Part shown: one piece after another, positions 32,748 through 42,893 of the stretch
Layout of the letters: each line of letters starts with the position of its first letter
Numbering within the stretch: the first letter of the stretch is position 1
Assembly (NCBI GenBank): GCA_029261595.1
Contig: JAJDAZ010000001.1
Location: 23-64,022, forward strand
From: Nitrospinaceae bacterium
Lineage (GTDB): Bacteria > Nitrospinota > Nitrospinia > Nitrospinales > VA-1
Direction: 5' to 3'
Length of the DNA stretch: 64,000 nucleotides
The notes under the pieces: model-generated
Told to the model about the DNA's origin: nothing
Databases searched by the model: none
Seen by the model: only the letters and a program-made list of their open reading frames with translations
Translations under genes and position numbers: made by a program

Positions 32748-34733
32748 TCAGCGGGTTCCAAGAGAACGCAATGAGTCAATCTCTGTGGATGTTCCCTTAA
32801 AATCTCGAAAAACCCAAAAGTCTCCTGGTGTTTTTTCCCGCAAGTATTCAATGCCGGGCTTTTTAAGAAATTCGCTGTAGGTGGATAATTCTTTTTGTTG
32901 TGAAGGGGGAATGATTATTGCGAAATCATTTTCCTGGGCCAGCACTCGGCCCATTTTCCCTGTTGTGCCATGGTTTGTGTATTCACCAACGATGACTTTA
33001 CGTTGTGTCAAAAACGAAATCATACCAGCCGTTTCGTAATCAGAATAGGCATGGGAAATTCCATTTTCCTGGCAATATTTTATAATATCGGCATAAGGGG
33101 AAGTCATTCTAGTAATGGACAAATCATGGACAAGCCCTTTTTCTTGTGCCCGATAAGTGTCAGCAGTAGAATGGTATAAAGAGTAAGTGTTTGAAGTGTG
33201 TGTATAAAAATAACAGGTGTTTACAATGCCAAACCCAAGCCAAAGGGCCAGCAAAAAAGCGAATTTCTTATGTTGGCTCTGGCGCAAATGGTCCAGATAA
33301 AGAGCCCCAAAAACTGCGACCACTCCATGCAAAGGGAGTAAATATCTTACATCAGGACCATTTTTTGAAATGAGGACAGCGACACAAATTAAAATCGGGA
33401 AAACAACAAAAACCAATGCTGGTTCAAACGTCTGCCTTCTTAATCGAATTATATTTCCAAGCTCTTTTCTTCTGGACCTAAAAAAGAATAAAACCGATTT
33501 CATCACTAACAAAACCACCCCCGCGGCTAAAACGCCATTGAACAAATTCCAAAGGGTCAAATCAGAACGGAACAAGGAAATCAGAGGGGCTTTCACCCCA
33601 AGAAGTTCAGGAAGGTCATAAAATACCAATTTCCATAGATAGGCGAATATATTAGTAGGAATCAGGTCTACATCAAAACCCTGCCCCCCTTTTTTAGTTT
33701 CGCTGGTTAAGATACTTGCGATTCTAGGTGAAATTCCGATAAGAAACCCCAAGAGACCTATTGCTGTTAAACGTCTAAAGTAAGAGTTGCCTGTCACAAG
33801 TAGATTCTTGAACCCCTTGATTTTAGTTTTAATATCTTTATTAGAAATTAAAATCCTGAGAATAACAATGACCAGCAACTGGCCCACCGGTTTATGAAGT
33901 TTATTGATTTGCAAAATGGATTGGCCACCTATATCGATTCCAAAACCCCCGAACACATAAGAAAATAAAATTGCCGCCATAAAAAAAATAATGACTCCGT
34001 CCAATATCAAAACCAGCTTGAGCTTGTTGGACGGTGAAGCTTGAAACCGCGCAATAATATTGCTCGGGGAGAAGGTATTTCGGGTAACCTCCCAGTGCTT
34101 CGAACTCAGTACATATAAAATGGTAATAGTTGCAATATACAGAATTGAATAGGTGTAACTGTATATTGAAAATCCCATGATAAAACCGAGCAAAAAAACA
34201 GATCCTGCCCTGGGAACCTCAGACTCGCTTATTTTAAAAAAGCACAAAAAAATAATATTGCCGAGGAAAAATATTAAATTGTGTTGCCAATTGTTGGAAC
34301 TTATAAATAAAATGGCGGGAGAAGAAAAAATGACCAGAAAAACCGCTATCAAAGCCGCTGAAGGCCGGAATTTTTTTACAATCCAGTAAACCGATAATAC
34401 ATATAGAGCATAGGCAAGAGTACCTGGCAATTTATAGGCCAAAGCTCCAACCCCAAGAAGCCAGTAAAATGGAATAGCGGCAATCCCCAGAAAAATCCCA
34501 GCGTATCGTTCTCCTTCGTAATAAAAAGAAATTGGGCCGCCTTCCTGTAAACTTAGTATTTGAAGAGCCTGATGAGCTTCATCGTAAGTTAAAAAATAGT
34601 CAGCATTTACAAGGATAGGGAGTCGGAATATTACCAGAATCAGGAAAATAAGTAGCGCGGCAATAACATTGAAGACCAATAGCCGCCACCGGAACCTGGG
34701 AGTCACTTTTTCTGCAGGTTGAAATTTATCCAT
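32748..34733 (-). CDS. GT-C fold membrane glycosyltransferase (ArnT/PMT, GT39/GT83-like) with a C-terminal soluble domain
   Basis: 661 aa with more than 10 TM helices. A DE motif sits in the first extracytoplasmic loop (YFLTYDEAHQAL), as in the ArnT/PMT families. The C-terminal soluble domain is about 170 aa. Confidence 0.6.
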   Translation of the reverse strand: MDKFQPAEKVTPRFRWRLLVFNVIAALLIFLILVIFRLPILVNADYFLTYDEAHQALQILSLQEGGPISFYYEGERYAGIFLGIAAIPFYWLLGVGALAYKLPGTLAYALYVLSVYWIVKKFRPSAALIAVFLVIFSSPAILFISSNNWQHNLIFFLGNIIFLCFFKISESEVPRAGSVFLLGFIMGFSIYSYTYSILYIATITILYVLSSKHWEVTRNTFSPSNIIARFQASPSNKLKLVLILDGVIIFFMAAILFSYVFGGFGIDIGGQSILQINKLHKPVGQLLVIVILRILISNKDIKTKIKGFKNLLVTGNSYFRRLTAIGLLGFLIGISPRIASILTSETKKGGQGFDVDLIPTNIFAYLWKLVFYDLPELLGVKAPLISLFRSDLTLWNLFNGVLAAGVVLLVMKSVLFFFRSRRKELGNIIRLRRQTFEPALVFVVFPILICVAVLISKNGPDVRYLLPLHGVVAVFGALYLDHLRQSQHKKFAFLLALWLGFGIVNTCYFYTHTSNTYSLYHSTADTYRAQEKGLVHDLSITRMTSPYADIIKYCQENGISHAYSDYETAGMISFLTQRKVIVGEYTNHGTTGKMGRVLAQENDFAIIIPPSQQKELSTYSEFLKKPGIEYLREKTPGDFWVFRDFKGTSTEIDSLRSLGTR

Positions 34734-34982
34734 ATTACTTTTCTTTTGAACTTAGAAGAACCGGACTAAATACATTTGTATATTACGCCCATTTTTGCAT
34801 ATAGGAGGAAAAAGTTTATTTGCTTTCAAGTTTCAGGGGAGTCACTTCGTAGTGGTCGATGTAAGACAGACAGAAACTCATGGTTCGGGAAAAGAGGACT
34901 CATGTTTGGAAAGAGAGGGAATAATGAAACCTTGGTCATCCAAATTACTGCCTATCCAATGGATAAATTATGCTTATCCTAT

Positions 34983-36518
34983 TTAAAAATTGGCTGCTAC
35001 TTTAGAAGCTGTCTGGTATGTTGACCTTTGGGGAGAATTTTTCGAAAAGTCATACTGAGGCCATTGATCCTGGGCCGCGTAGATAGACGTATTTTTTGTC
35101 GATACCGACGGCATCACAACAAAAAGAAAGCCATGATATAAATCCGACAAAAAATGTCCATTCTTAAATGCGTTTAAAAACCTCCGGATTGTAAACCTGG
35201 GATTCAGGGTGACGGCTCGTTTATACGCATATTTCATAAAACCTTGCAGGGTGTCATAAGAGAGATTTTCATGAGCAAACAATTGTTCATCGGAATAGAC
35301 AACATACTTATCCCAGTCAAAAGATTTCACGAGACCTTTTTCCACGTAATTATCAAACATTTCCGTTCCGGGAAAGGCGATCGCCAAGCCAAATTTGAGT
35401 AAATCTACTGGCAGGGTGCGTCCATACTCTATCGTGTCCAGCATGGTATTTTCATCATCACATGAAAGACCGAGCATTAAATATGCGTTTGTTTGCAAGC
35501 CGGCGGCGCTGGCCTTTTTAACAGCGGTTCTTCCCTGCTCAATGGTAGCTTTTCCCCCTTTGCCAAAGCCCTTCAACACCTCATCGTTGCCGCTTTCGAA
35601 ACCAAAAGAAACCCGGTAACAGCCTGCTTTACTCATTTTTTTGAATAAATCATCATCAGCGCTTTCAACACGGATTCCATTATTGCAGGTCCAGTGCATA
35701 TTAACCTTGGCCCGGCTTATCGCGTCACTGACTTCTCCTGCCCATTTTTGATCGGAGGTGAAAATATCATCCGCCAACCAAAACTCACGGAAACCCAGGG
35801 AGCTTAAGTATTTGACTTCTTCAGCGCAACGCTCGGGGGATTTTTTCCGGTACCCTAAAGACATGGTAACTTTGCTGGCACAGAAATCACACGTGAACAC
35901 GCACCCTCTAGAAAATTCAACGGTAGCGACCGGTGGGTAGGAGGCAATCAGCTTGGAAATTTTTTTGTAATCGGAAGGATCATAAAGATCCCAGGCAGGC
36001 ATTGGCAGGTTGTCGAGATTTTCCACAGGGGGCCTTTGCTCGGTACTTATGATTTCGTCCCCGGATCGATAATATAATCCTTTTATTTCAGCAAAAGAAT
36101 TTCCGCTACAAACTTCCGCAAAAGAGTAATCAGCTTCACCGGCACAAATTACATCCAGTCGGGATTCGTGCAGACTTTCTACTGGCAATGCGGATGGGTG
36201 AGGCCCTCCGCCTACAACTATAATTTCTTCCGAGATATTTTTTACAATGCAACTGATATCCCGCAGTTGGTTCATTCCCGGGGTGGTCGCGGTAACCCCA
36301 ACGATATCCGGTTGGACTTGTAATATTCTAGATTGTATTAACTTGTAATCATAGGGACGCCAGCAAAGGTCCAGGATTTCCACTTCGTGTCCTTCTTGTC
36401 TGGCCACAGCGGCGATGGTTGCCAAGCCCAGGGTGGGGAAAAAAGGATTGACGATCGACGCTTTTGAATTTCCGTAAGCCGCCTGGTAGGAAGGATTTAT
36501 TAGAAGAACTTTTGCCAT
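34983..36518 (-). CDS. B12-binding-domain radical SAM enzyme (class B)
   Basis: N-terminal Rossmann-like B12-binding domain (KVLLINPS...GLATIAAVARQEGHEVEILD) and the radical SAM CxxxCxxC motif (SRGCVFTCDFCAS). Confidence 0.85.
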   Translation of the reverse strand: MAKVLLINPSYQAAYGNSKASIVNPFFPTLGLATIAAVARQEGHEVEILDLCWRPYDYKLIQSRILQVQPDIVGVTATTPGMNQLRDISCIVKNISEEIIVVGGGPHPSALPVESLHESRLDVICAGEADYSFAEVCSGNSFAEIKGLYYRSGDEIISTEQRPPVENLDNLPMPAWDLYDPSDYKKISKLIASYPPVATVEFSRGCVFTCDFCASKVTMSLGYRKKSPERCAEEVKYLSSLGFREFWLADDIFTSDQKWAGEVSDAISRAKVNMHWTCNNGIRVESADDDLFKKMSKAGCYRVSFGFESGNDEVLKGFGKGGKATIEQGRTAVKKASAAGLQTNAYLMLGLSCDDENTMLDTIEYGRTLPVDLLKFGLAIAFPGTEMFDNYVEKGLVKSFDWDKYVVYSDEQLFAHENLSYDTLQGFMKYAYKRAVTLNPRFTIRRFLNAFKNGHFLSDLYHGFLFVVMPSVSTKNTSIYAAQDQWPQYDFSKNSPQRSTYQTASKVAANF

Positions 36519-36599
36519 TATCTCATTCCCTTACTAAAGCAGCAGGGTTTCTCTTTCAAGGTTTTGTATATTATTCTGAAGAAACTACCAATTAAATTC

Positions 36600-37589
36600 T
36601 CACACGGGTTCCTTCTTTATTGAATATACTTCGATGGTGCCGCCCTTTTTTATTATAGCCTCGATTATAGATAACATTAATGAAAGTGGCAAATACAAAG
36701 GAATAAGGGCAATAGTTTTCAGGTAATCCATGGTTGGAGATGTATCATGGTCTTTCTTTCTTAGATCAGCACTCTTTAAAAGATTATACAAAAGGTTTTC
36801 CGGGATTCCGCTAGCATTGTACAGGGTCTGCAACCAGCCAAACGGGTTGTATTCAAACTTAAAATGCCTTGTCAATTCAACTTTGAACGAGTTTTTTTGA
36901 AGCAAGTCAAATAAGCTTTTTGAAGAAAAATGATAAAGATGGCAGGGGAGATCCAGTTGAAACCAATGTTTTTGTCCAAAGAGACCTTGTAAACTGTCTA
37001 TATTTGGTACTGCCGTTACAAGAAGACCGCCTTTTTTCAAAATTCGATAACACTCAGCGATGACTTCGTCCGGGTTTTCCAAATGCTCCAGGACATGGTT
37101 GATGTTTACCACATCAAAACTTTCACTTTCATATTCGCAGTCTTTTAACTCCCCGGTTCGAACATCAATCCCATAAATATCGGACGCGTATGAAGCGGAA
37201 ATTTCACTGAACTCCTGCCCGGCCACATCCCAACCATCTTCCTGCATGATATGAAGAAAAAGTCCGCGTCCACAGCCAATATCAAGAATCCGTCCATGAT
37301 CTCTAAAGCGCTCGATTCTTTTCCGCTTCCTGACGGTTAGTAGGTAAATGATATATTCCAGGGCAGGATTAAATCTCTTTCCCGTTTTTGTCCGATAATT
37401 TCCTGTCGAGTACAGCTTGGTTAATTCTTCGTGGGAAGGGAAAGGGTGGGTCACCCAAACCTGGCAGGAATCACACTTATATACACTATATGTATTATTA
37501 TTTTTTACCACACCGTTAATGATCGAGTTCTCAATTTGTTCTTTGCAAATTGGGCAGACCGGCGACGTGGTGCAGTTTATTTTTGTCAT
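36600..37589 (-). CDS. Class I SAM-dependent methyltransferase with an N-terminal zinc ribbon
   Basis: CPICKEQ...CDSCQVW zinc ribbon, SAM motif ILDIGCGRGLF, and DVVNINHVLEHL (Methyltransf_11/23-like). Confidence 0.8.
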   Translation of the reverse strand: MTKINCTTSPVCPICKEQIENSIINGVVKNNNTYSVYKCDSCQVWVTHPFPSHEELTKLYSTGNYRTKTGKRFNPALEYIIYLLTVRKRKRIERFRDHGRILDIGCGRGLFLHIMQEDGWDVAGQEFSEISASYASDIYGIDVRTGELKDCEYESESFDVVNINHVLEHLENPDEVIAECYRILKKGGLLVTAVPNIDSLQGLFGQKHWFQLDLPCHLYHFSSKSLFDLLQKNSFKVELTRHFKFEYNPFGWLQTLYNASGIPENLLYNLLKSADLRKKDHDTSPTMDYLKTIALIPLYLPLSLMLSIIEAIIKKGGTIEVYSIKKEPV

Positions 37590-37723
37590 TTCATACGTAT
37601 TCGGGATAAATTTTATGCAGGTCCTGATTTTCTACTTTGACAAGGCGAGAGCGGATTCAGGTTAAGGCATGAAAAAAAGGCCCATGCGAATTTATCGTCA
37701 TGGGCTATTTGAATGACTGGAGG

Positions 37724-39550
37724 CTATAAAATTGCCAGGAACCCGCAGGCTTCGTAGCAGGCGTTGCAATTGATGCACAAATCCATGTCGATGTGCGCCG
37801 CTACCTTTCGGGTTCCCCCGGTAATGGCGCCTGTGGGGCAGGGCTTGATGCACGCGCCGCAGGCCACGCATTCCTCTTCCTTGACGTAATAACGGTACAA
37901 TCCGGTACATTTCGCCGCGTCGCAAATCTGGTCGACGATGTGACGTTCAAACTCCTTGCGGAAATATTTTATCCCGGTCAACACGCATTTGACCGCAGTT
38001 TCCCCGAGGCCGCACAACGAGGTCATGTTGATTTCTTCGCACAAGGCTTGCAACTTGTCCAGATCTTCCATCTTGCCCCGGCCTTCGGAGATATCGTCCA
38101 GCTTATTTTTGATGAGGGTCAAACCGATCCGGCAGGGTGTGCATTTACCGCAGGTTTCGCCTTCGTTGAATCCGATGGAAAATTTTGCCAGATCGATCAC
38201 GCAGGCCGACTCATCGTAAGCCGAGAAACTTGCCTGGCCCATGAGCACTCCGGCGTCCAGCATGCTTTCGTAGTCCATGGTGATACCGGCTTTATCCGGA
38301 GGCAGGAACCCGCCGGTGACCCCGCCGATGTGGACGAGTTTGAGTTCTTTCTTTTTGACGATGCCGCCGCAGATATCATCGATGACTTCACGGAAGGTCA
38401 GCCCCATGTCCAGTTCCATGAGGCCGTTGTATTTTAGGTTGCCCGCGATCGCCCAGGTTTTGCAGCCCTTGGCATTTGGGGTTCCCATTTTGGCGTACCA
38501 GTCGGCACCCTTTTTGATGATGGAGGGAACTGTGGCCCAGGTTTCGGCGTTGTTCAACAAAGTAGGCCGTCCCCACAATCCCTTTTCGGTGGAATGTGGT
38601 GGTTGCGCCTTGGGGAAGGGACGTTTGCCTTCGATGGAAGCCATCAGTGCGGTGGACTCGCCGCCGATAAACGCTTCGGCCCCTTCATGCACGGTAATAT
38701 CAATGCTGAAATCCGTCCCCAGAATGTTCTTGCCAAGAAACCCGCGCTCTCGGGCCTGTTTAAGCGCCATATTCAGTCGCTTAACGGCAATCGTGTAATC
38801 GGATCGGGTGTAAATGATTCCTTCGGTGGCTCCAATGGCGAAAGCGCCAATGATCAACCCTTCCAGCATCTGATGCGGGTTCCCCTCCATGACACTGCGG
38901 TCCATATAGGAGGCCGGGTTGCCTTCGTCGCCGTTGACCAGAATATAGCGTGACCCATCATGAGAGGGAGCGGTTGCCGCTTTTTCCCATTTGTGACCGG
39001 TGACGAACCCGCCACCGCCTTTGCCGCGCAGGCCGGATTTTAGGACCTCGTCCCGGATGGCTTTGGGTTGCATGCCTGTGAGGGCTTTCTTCAAGGATTC
39101 GTAGCCGCCAACCGCAAGGTATTCGTCGATATTTTCAGGATCAATCGCGCCGCCAAACTCCATCGCCACGCGCGTCTGTTTCTTCAACTGCTCGTAATAG
39201 TCTTCCTTGGCCGCGGCTTTTTTGAATACTTTGCCGCCCACGACATGTTCCTTTAAAATTTTGGAAACCATTGCGGGTTTGACTTTTTCGTACGTCACCC
39301 GGTCTTGCCCCGGTATGTAAACATCGACCAAAACATCACGACTGCAATAACCGCGACAGCCCACCTGACCCATATTGCATTGCTTGTCGCCAAGCTCGGC
39401 GTTGGCGCTCATGGCCGCGATTTGTTTCTCGAATTCTTTATAGACTTCCTCTGCCCCCTCGGCCACGCCGCTCAGGCTGAGACACACTGTAATTTTTACG
39501 GTCCCCTGATTTTCTTCAGTCGCCTGGGCTTGTTCTTCAACAGCTTCCAT
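37724..39550 (-). CDS. NuoF/HydB/HndC-like NAD(P)H-oxidising flavoprotein with a Trx-like N-domain and 2x[4Fe-4S] C-domain
   Basis: FMN/NADH site GLRGKGGGGF, the N3 cluster motif SLCGLGETA, and C-terminal ferredoxin motifs CVACGACIKPCP and CINCNACYEACG. The N-terminal domain is thioredoxin-like and carries Cys residues. Confidence 0.85.
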   Translation of the reverse strand: MEAVEEQAQATEENQGTVKITVCLSLSGVAEGAEEVYKEFEKQIAAMSANAELGDKQCNMGQVGCRGYCSRDVLVDVYIPGQDRVTYEKVKPAMVSKILKEHVVGGKVFKKAAAKEDYYEQLKKQTRVAMEFGGAIDPENIDEYLAVGGYESLKKALTGMQPKAIRDEVLKSGLRGKGGGGFVTGHKWEKAATAPSHDGSRYILVNGDEGNPASYMDRSVMEGNPHQMLEGLIIGAFAIGATEGIIYTRSDYTIAVKRLNMALKQARERGFLGKNILGTDFSIDITVHEGAEAFIGGESTALMASIEGKRPFPKAQPPHSTEKGLWGRPTLLNNAETWATVPSIIKKGADWYAKMGTPNAKGCKTWAIAGNLKYNGLMELDMGLTFREVIDDICGGIVKKKELKLVHIGGVTGGFLPPDKAGITMDYESMLDAGVLMGQASFSAYDESACVIDLAKFSIGFNEGETCGKCTPCRIGLTLIKNKLDDISEGRGKMEDLDKLQALCEEINMTSLCGLGETAVKCVLTGIKYFRKEFERHIVDQICDAAKCTGLYRYYVKEEECVACGACIKPCPTGAITGGTRKVAAHIDMDLCINCNACYEACGFLAIL

Positions 39551-40036
39551 GAAACTATCTCCCTTTTCCTGGATATTTATCTAAAAAACTTGGAAAGCTT
39601 TGCTTATATTCGATAAAAAGGAGGACCCAACAGGGAGCCCCTTTGAAAACCCTTTAATTGAACGCACAAGAATGGCATAAAAATGCGGAAATTTCCAGCA
39701 TTTCCGATCAAAGAAAAGGCTATTTTTTCCGATCCTGGAAACCTTTATGGTGGTTGATTGATGGGTATTCACAATAAATTCGGGATTTTCACCTTAATCT
39801 TCAATGAGACGGGAAAATGGAGGGAATTGGTTGTTGAAAATAGGCCGAAACCGCCTAGAGGCTGATGATTTTTCCAGAGGCGGGCATGGCCAGTAAAGAC
39901 AAATGAATTCAGTCTGCCAGGAAAAGTTTATGGTTGATAGATAGGCCGCTTGAATATAAACTCGTAATCTCAAAAAAATCCATAAACTCTGGATCATATC
40001 TTCTGGAACATCAAATAACCTCCAAAAATCAACCTA

Positions 40037-41602
40037 ATGATAAAAACAACCCAAAAATCCGAGAAACTATTTCAACATAAAACCCCTTGCCTGGTGCTGT
40101 TTTGTCCCGAAGACAAAAAACCGGCAGGTGACTTGAAAAAAATCGACCAGGCCTTAAACGGCCCGGTTGCTTCCGCTTTCAAGGAAAAACGTTTTGAGGG
40201 CAAGCCCAATCAGACTCTCTTACTGAATGCCCGTGGCGCCATGAAGGCAGATAATGTTCTCATCGTGGGAATCGGCAAGCCTAAGGAAGTGACGGAAGAA
40301 AATTTGCGTCAGGCCGCGGGAACCGCTGCCAGTCTGGCGGAAGCCTCCCAGTTTAAAAGGGTAACTTTTTATATCCCAGAGGGTGACCTCGAAAAGGCCC
40401 TGACTAAAGATAAAAAGCAATCGTCCGGTGAGACCGCTCGGGCGGTGGCTGAAGGAAGTTATCTGGCCCTGTACCACTTCGACCAATATAAAAGTGTTGC
40501 CAAAGGTGAAGAACCCAACCGCATTGAAGAGATCATCCTGCTGTCAAACTCCAAGGCAGCGCTTTCTAACCTCAAACAAGCCAGTGCACGTGCTTCTATA
40601 GTGGCCGAAGGGGTTTATCGGGCGCGTGACTTGCAATCGCAACCGAGTAATACAGCGACACCTACTTTCCTGGCGAATACCGCTAAAAAAATCGCCGCCA
40701 AACATAAAATCACCTGCAAAATATTGGGTGAAAAAGAAATGCAGAAACTGGGTATGGGTTCTTTGCTCGGTGTGGCCAAGGGCAGTCATCAGCCGCCCGC
40801 GTTCATCATCCTGGAATACAAGGGTGGAAAAAAGAACGACGCGCCCATCGCCATTGTGGGCAAAGCGGTCACCTTCGACACCGGTGGCATCTCGCTCAAA
40901 CCCCCCGCCAATATGGACGAAATGAAAATGGACATGTCGGGTGGGGCGGTGACGATAGGAACCCTGCAAGCGGTCGCGAGCCTGAAATTGCCGATCAATG
41001 TGGTCGGGTTGATTCCCGCCACGGAAAACATGCCGGGAGGCTCGGCTATCAAGCCGGGAGATATTTTAACCAGCATGTCGGGAAAAACCATTGAAGTGCT
41101 GAACACCGATGCGGAAGGGCGTTTGATTCTGGCGGACGCCTTGAGTTATGCGGCCCGTTTCAAACCGCGTGCGGTTATCGACCTTGCGACCTTGACGGGG
41201 GCCGTTATCATGGCGCTCGGCCATTTTGCCGCAGGTGTCCTGGGCACTGATGATAACCTGATCGAAAAACTGCAGGCCAGCGGAACCCTCGCGGGAGAAA
41301 GGTTGTGGCACCTGCCGCTTTGGGACGAGCATGACAAGGCTACCCAAAGCGACATCGCCGACCTTAAAAACATTGCCTCGCCGGGAGTGGGAGCTGGAAC
41401 CACCATGGGCGCGGCCTTTTTAAAAGCGTTCGCGGGCGACCAGCCCTGGGCGCACCTGGACATCGCGGGCACTTCCTGGGGTGCGAAAAAACCTTACACC
41501 CCTAAAGGCGCATCCGGGTTCGGCGTACGGCTTCTGGTCAATTTCCTGGAACAGGAGGCCAATAGCGGGAAAGCAAAATCCGCCAAGAAACATGGAAAAT
41601 AA
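40037..41602 (+). CDS. pepA: Leucyl aminopeptidase (M17)
   Basis: M17 signature NTDAEGRL and the metal-site context VGKAVTFDTGGISLKP and DMSGGA. Confidence 0.92.
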   Translation: MIKTTQKSEKLFQHKTPCLVLFCPEDKKPAGDLKKIDQALNGPVASAFKEKRFEGKPNQTLLLNARGAMKADNVLIVGIGKPKEVTEENLRQAAGTAASLAEASQFKRVTFYIPEGDLEKALTKDKKQSSGETARAVAEGSYLALYHFDQYKSVAKGEEPNRIEEIILLSNSKAALSNLKQASARASIVAEGVYRARDLQSQPSNTATPTFLANTAKKIAAKHKITCKILGEKEMQKLGMGSLLGVAKGSHQPPAFIILEYKGGKKNDAPIAIVGKAVTFDTGGISLKPPANMDEMKMDMSGGAVTIGTLQAVASLKLPINVVGLIPATENMPGGSAIKPGDILTSMSGKTIEVLNTDAEGRLILADALSYAARFKPRAVIDLATLTGAVIMALGHFAAGVLGTDDNLIEKLQASGTLAGERLWHLPLWDEHDKATQSDIADLKNIASPGVGAGTTMGAAFLKAFAGDQPWAHLDIAGTSWGAKKPYTPKGASGFGVRLLVNFLEQEANSGKAKSAKKHGK

Positions 41603-42074
41603 TGTTCTCATTTTCATTCATCTGATGGCGGCGGCGATCGCTGTGGGGAGTCTGGCCTATTGCCTGCTGTTCTATCTGCCCGTCCTGGAAAAACTGCCGG
41701 AGCAAAAAATACCGGAGGAGCATTCGGCGACCTACAAGGCTCTGGAGGTGCTTGCTCCGTCGGTCCTGGCCGCTGTTTTGGTGCTCATTGGCACAGGCAT
41801 CTATTATCTGCTGACCAACTACACCCGGCAGGTGGATCTGGCTCCCGGATATTATAATCTGTTCGGAGTCAAGATGGTGTTTGTGATCATCACCCTGTTT
41901 CTCAGTGTGTACCACACCTTCACCCTGCGCGCGCGCATCGCCAACCTGGACTTGAGCCCTGAGAACCGGAAACTGGTTCCCGCTACCGTGCAAAAAATGA
42001 AATCCCTGGGTCAAATGATTCTGGCCACCCTCACAGTAGCCGTCTTTCTTGGTATCTGGCTGGCGAGATTTTAA
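41592..42074 (+). CDS. Hypothetical four-helix membrane protein
   Basis: ATG at 41592 (MENNVLIFIHLMAAAIAVG) overlaps the pepA stop. There are four hydrophobic helices. The longer ORF from 41481 lies inside pepA. Confidence 0.55.
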   Translation: MENNVLIFIHLMAAAIAVGSLAYCLLFYLPVLEKLPEQKIPEEHSATYKALEVLAPSVLAAVLVLIGTGIYYLLTNYTRQVDLAPGYYNLFGVKMVFVIITLFLSVYHTFTLRARIANLDLSPENRKLVPATVQKMKSLGQMILATLTVAVFLGIWLARF

Positions 42075-42129
42075 ACGAAAAAATTATTCTCTTTTTTGGC
42101 AAGCAAGGGAATTGAGAGGGAGGTGAAAA

Positions 42130-42414
42130 ATGAGCGAAGAAATACAACCTGTTTCCGAAGTATCTCCATCTGCCCCGGAAGAAATGGGCGAAGCGTCTTC
42201 AAGCCCGTTGGTACCGGTCGAAAAGGAGATTGATCTGAACCTGCTATTCCCCGATTCCGAAGCCGACCTTAATGCGTTGTTTCCGGATGCGGACATCAAG
42301 CATCTCTTAAAAAGCGTGACCAAAAATAAAAAAGACCTGCACTCCTTGAAAGAGCGTTTTCTTCAGGAAAACGAAACGGATGAGGATTCCGAAGAATCTA
42401 AACCGAGTGATTGA
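42130..42414 (+). CDS. Small acidic hypothetical protein
   Basis: 94-aa ORF preceded by GAGGGAGG. It is D/E-rich and no family was recognised. Confidence 0.4.
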   Translation: MSEEIQPVSEVSPSAPEEMGEASSSPLVPVEKEIDLNLLFPDSEADLNALFPDADIKHLLKSVTKNKKDLHSLKERFLQENETDEDSEESKPSD

Positions 42415-42440
42415 CCCGCCAACCATCCTGAGGAACCTCC

Positions 42441-42752
42441 ATGCTGGACTTAAAGAATAAGCATCTCGGGCCTGGAACCATTTGGGTTATTTTAATTACG
42501 TTGGGTTTATTCGTCTCCGCGCTTTTCGTGAAGGGGTTCACTCATGACCTGCTATTGGAGGCGGCGGTGTTCCTGGTTTCGGTCAAGCTGATCATCCTGA
42601 CTTATAGAAACAGCCAGGGGGTCGAGGCCATTCAGTATAAGCTGGACAAAATCCTTAGCGAAGAAAAGCATCTGGAAAAGGTGCTGAACTCTATTAGGAA
42701 AAATCAGGTGGCCGAACCGGGTTCTCAGCAAACAAAAGAACCCCTCGATTGA
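42441..42752 (+). CDS. Small membrane hypothetical protein
   Basis: 103 aa with two predicted TM helices and a charged C-terminus. GAGGAA precedes the ATG. Confidence 0.45.
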   Translation: MLDLKNKHLGPGTIWVILITLGLFVSALFVKGFTHDLLLEAAVFLVSVKLIILTYRNSQGVEAIQYKLDKILSEEKHLEKVLNSIRKNQVAEPGSQQTKEPLD

Positions 42753-42893
42753 TTGAGTTCGTATAAGCCATGATGAGTTTCTTGAAGCGGAAAGGTATTT
42801 TGATCGGGATCAAAGAGAAGAAGGGGTAAATTTGAGGGGGGGAGAATTTTTTTGGCTCCCTGATGGGATTTCCTTAAAGTAGAGAGGGTCAAT

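Noticed and set aside
881-38437. Many long antisense or out-of-frame ORFs inside well-supported genes, for example 881-1618, 2481-3062, 5720-6334, 6905-7480, 13189-13758, 14868-15617, 22852-23457, 25807-26308 and 37793-38437.
   Set aside because: Each lies wholly within a gene with strong family motifs on the other strand or in another frame. Their translations are Arg/Gly/Pro-rich and low in information, as is typical of shadow ORFs in moderately G+C-rich DNA.
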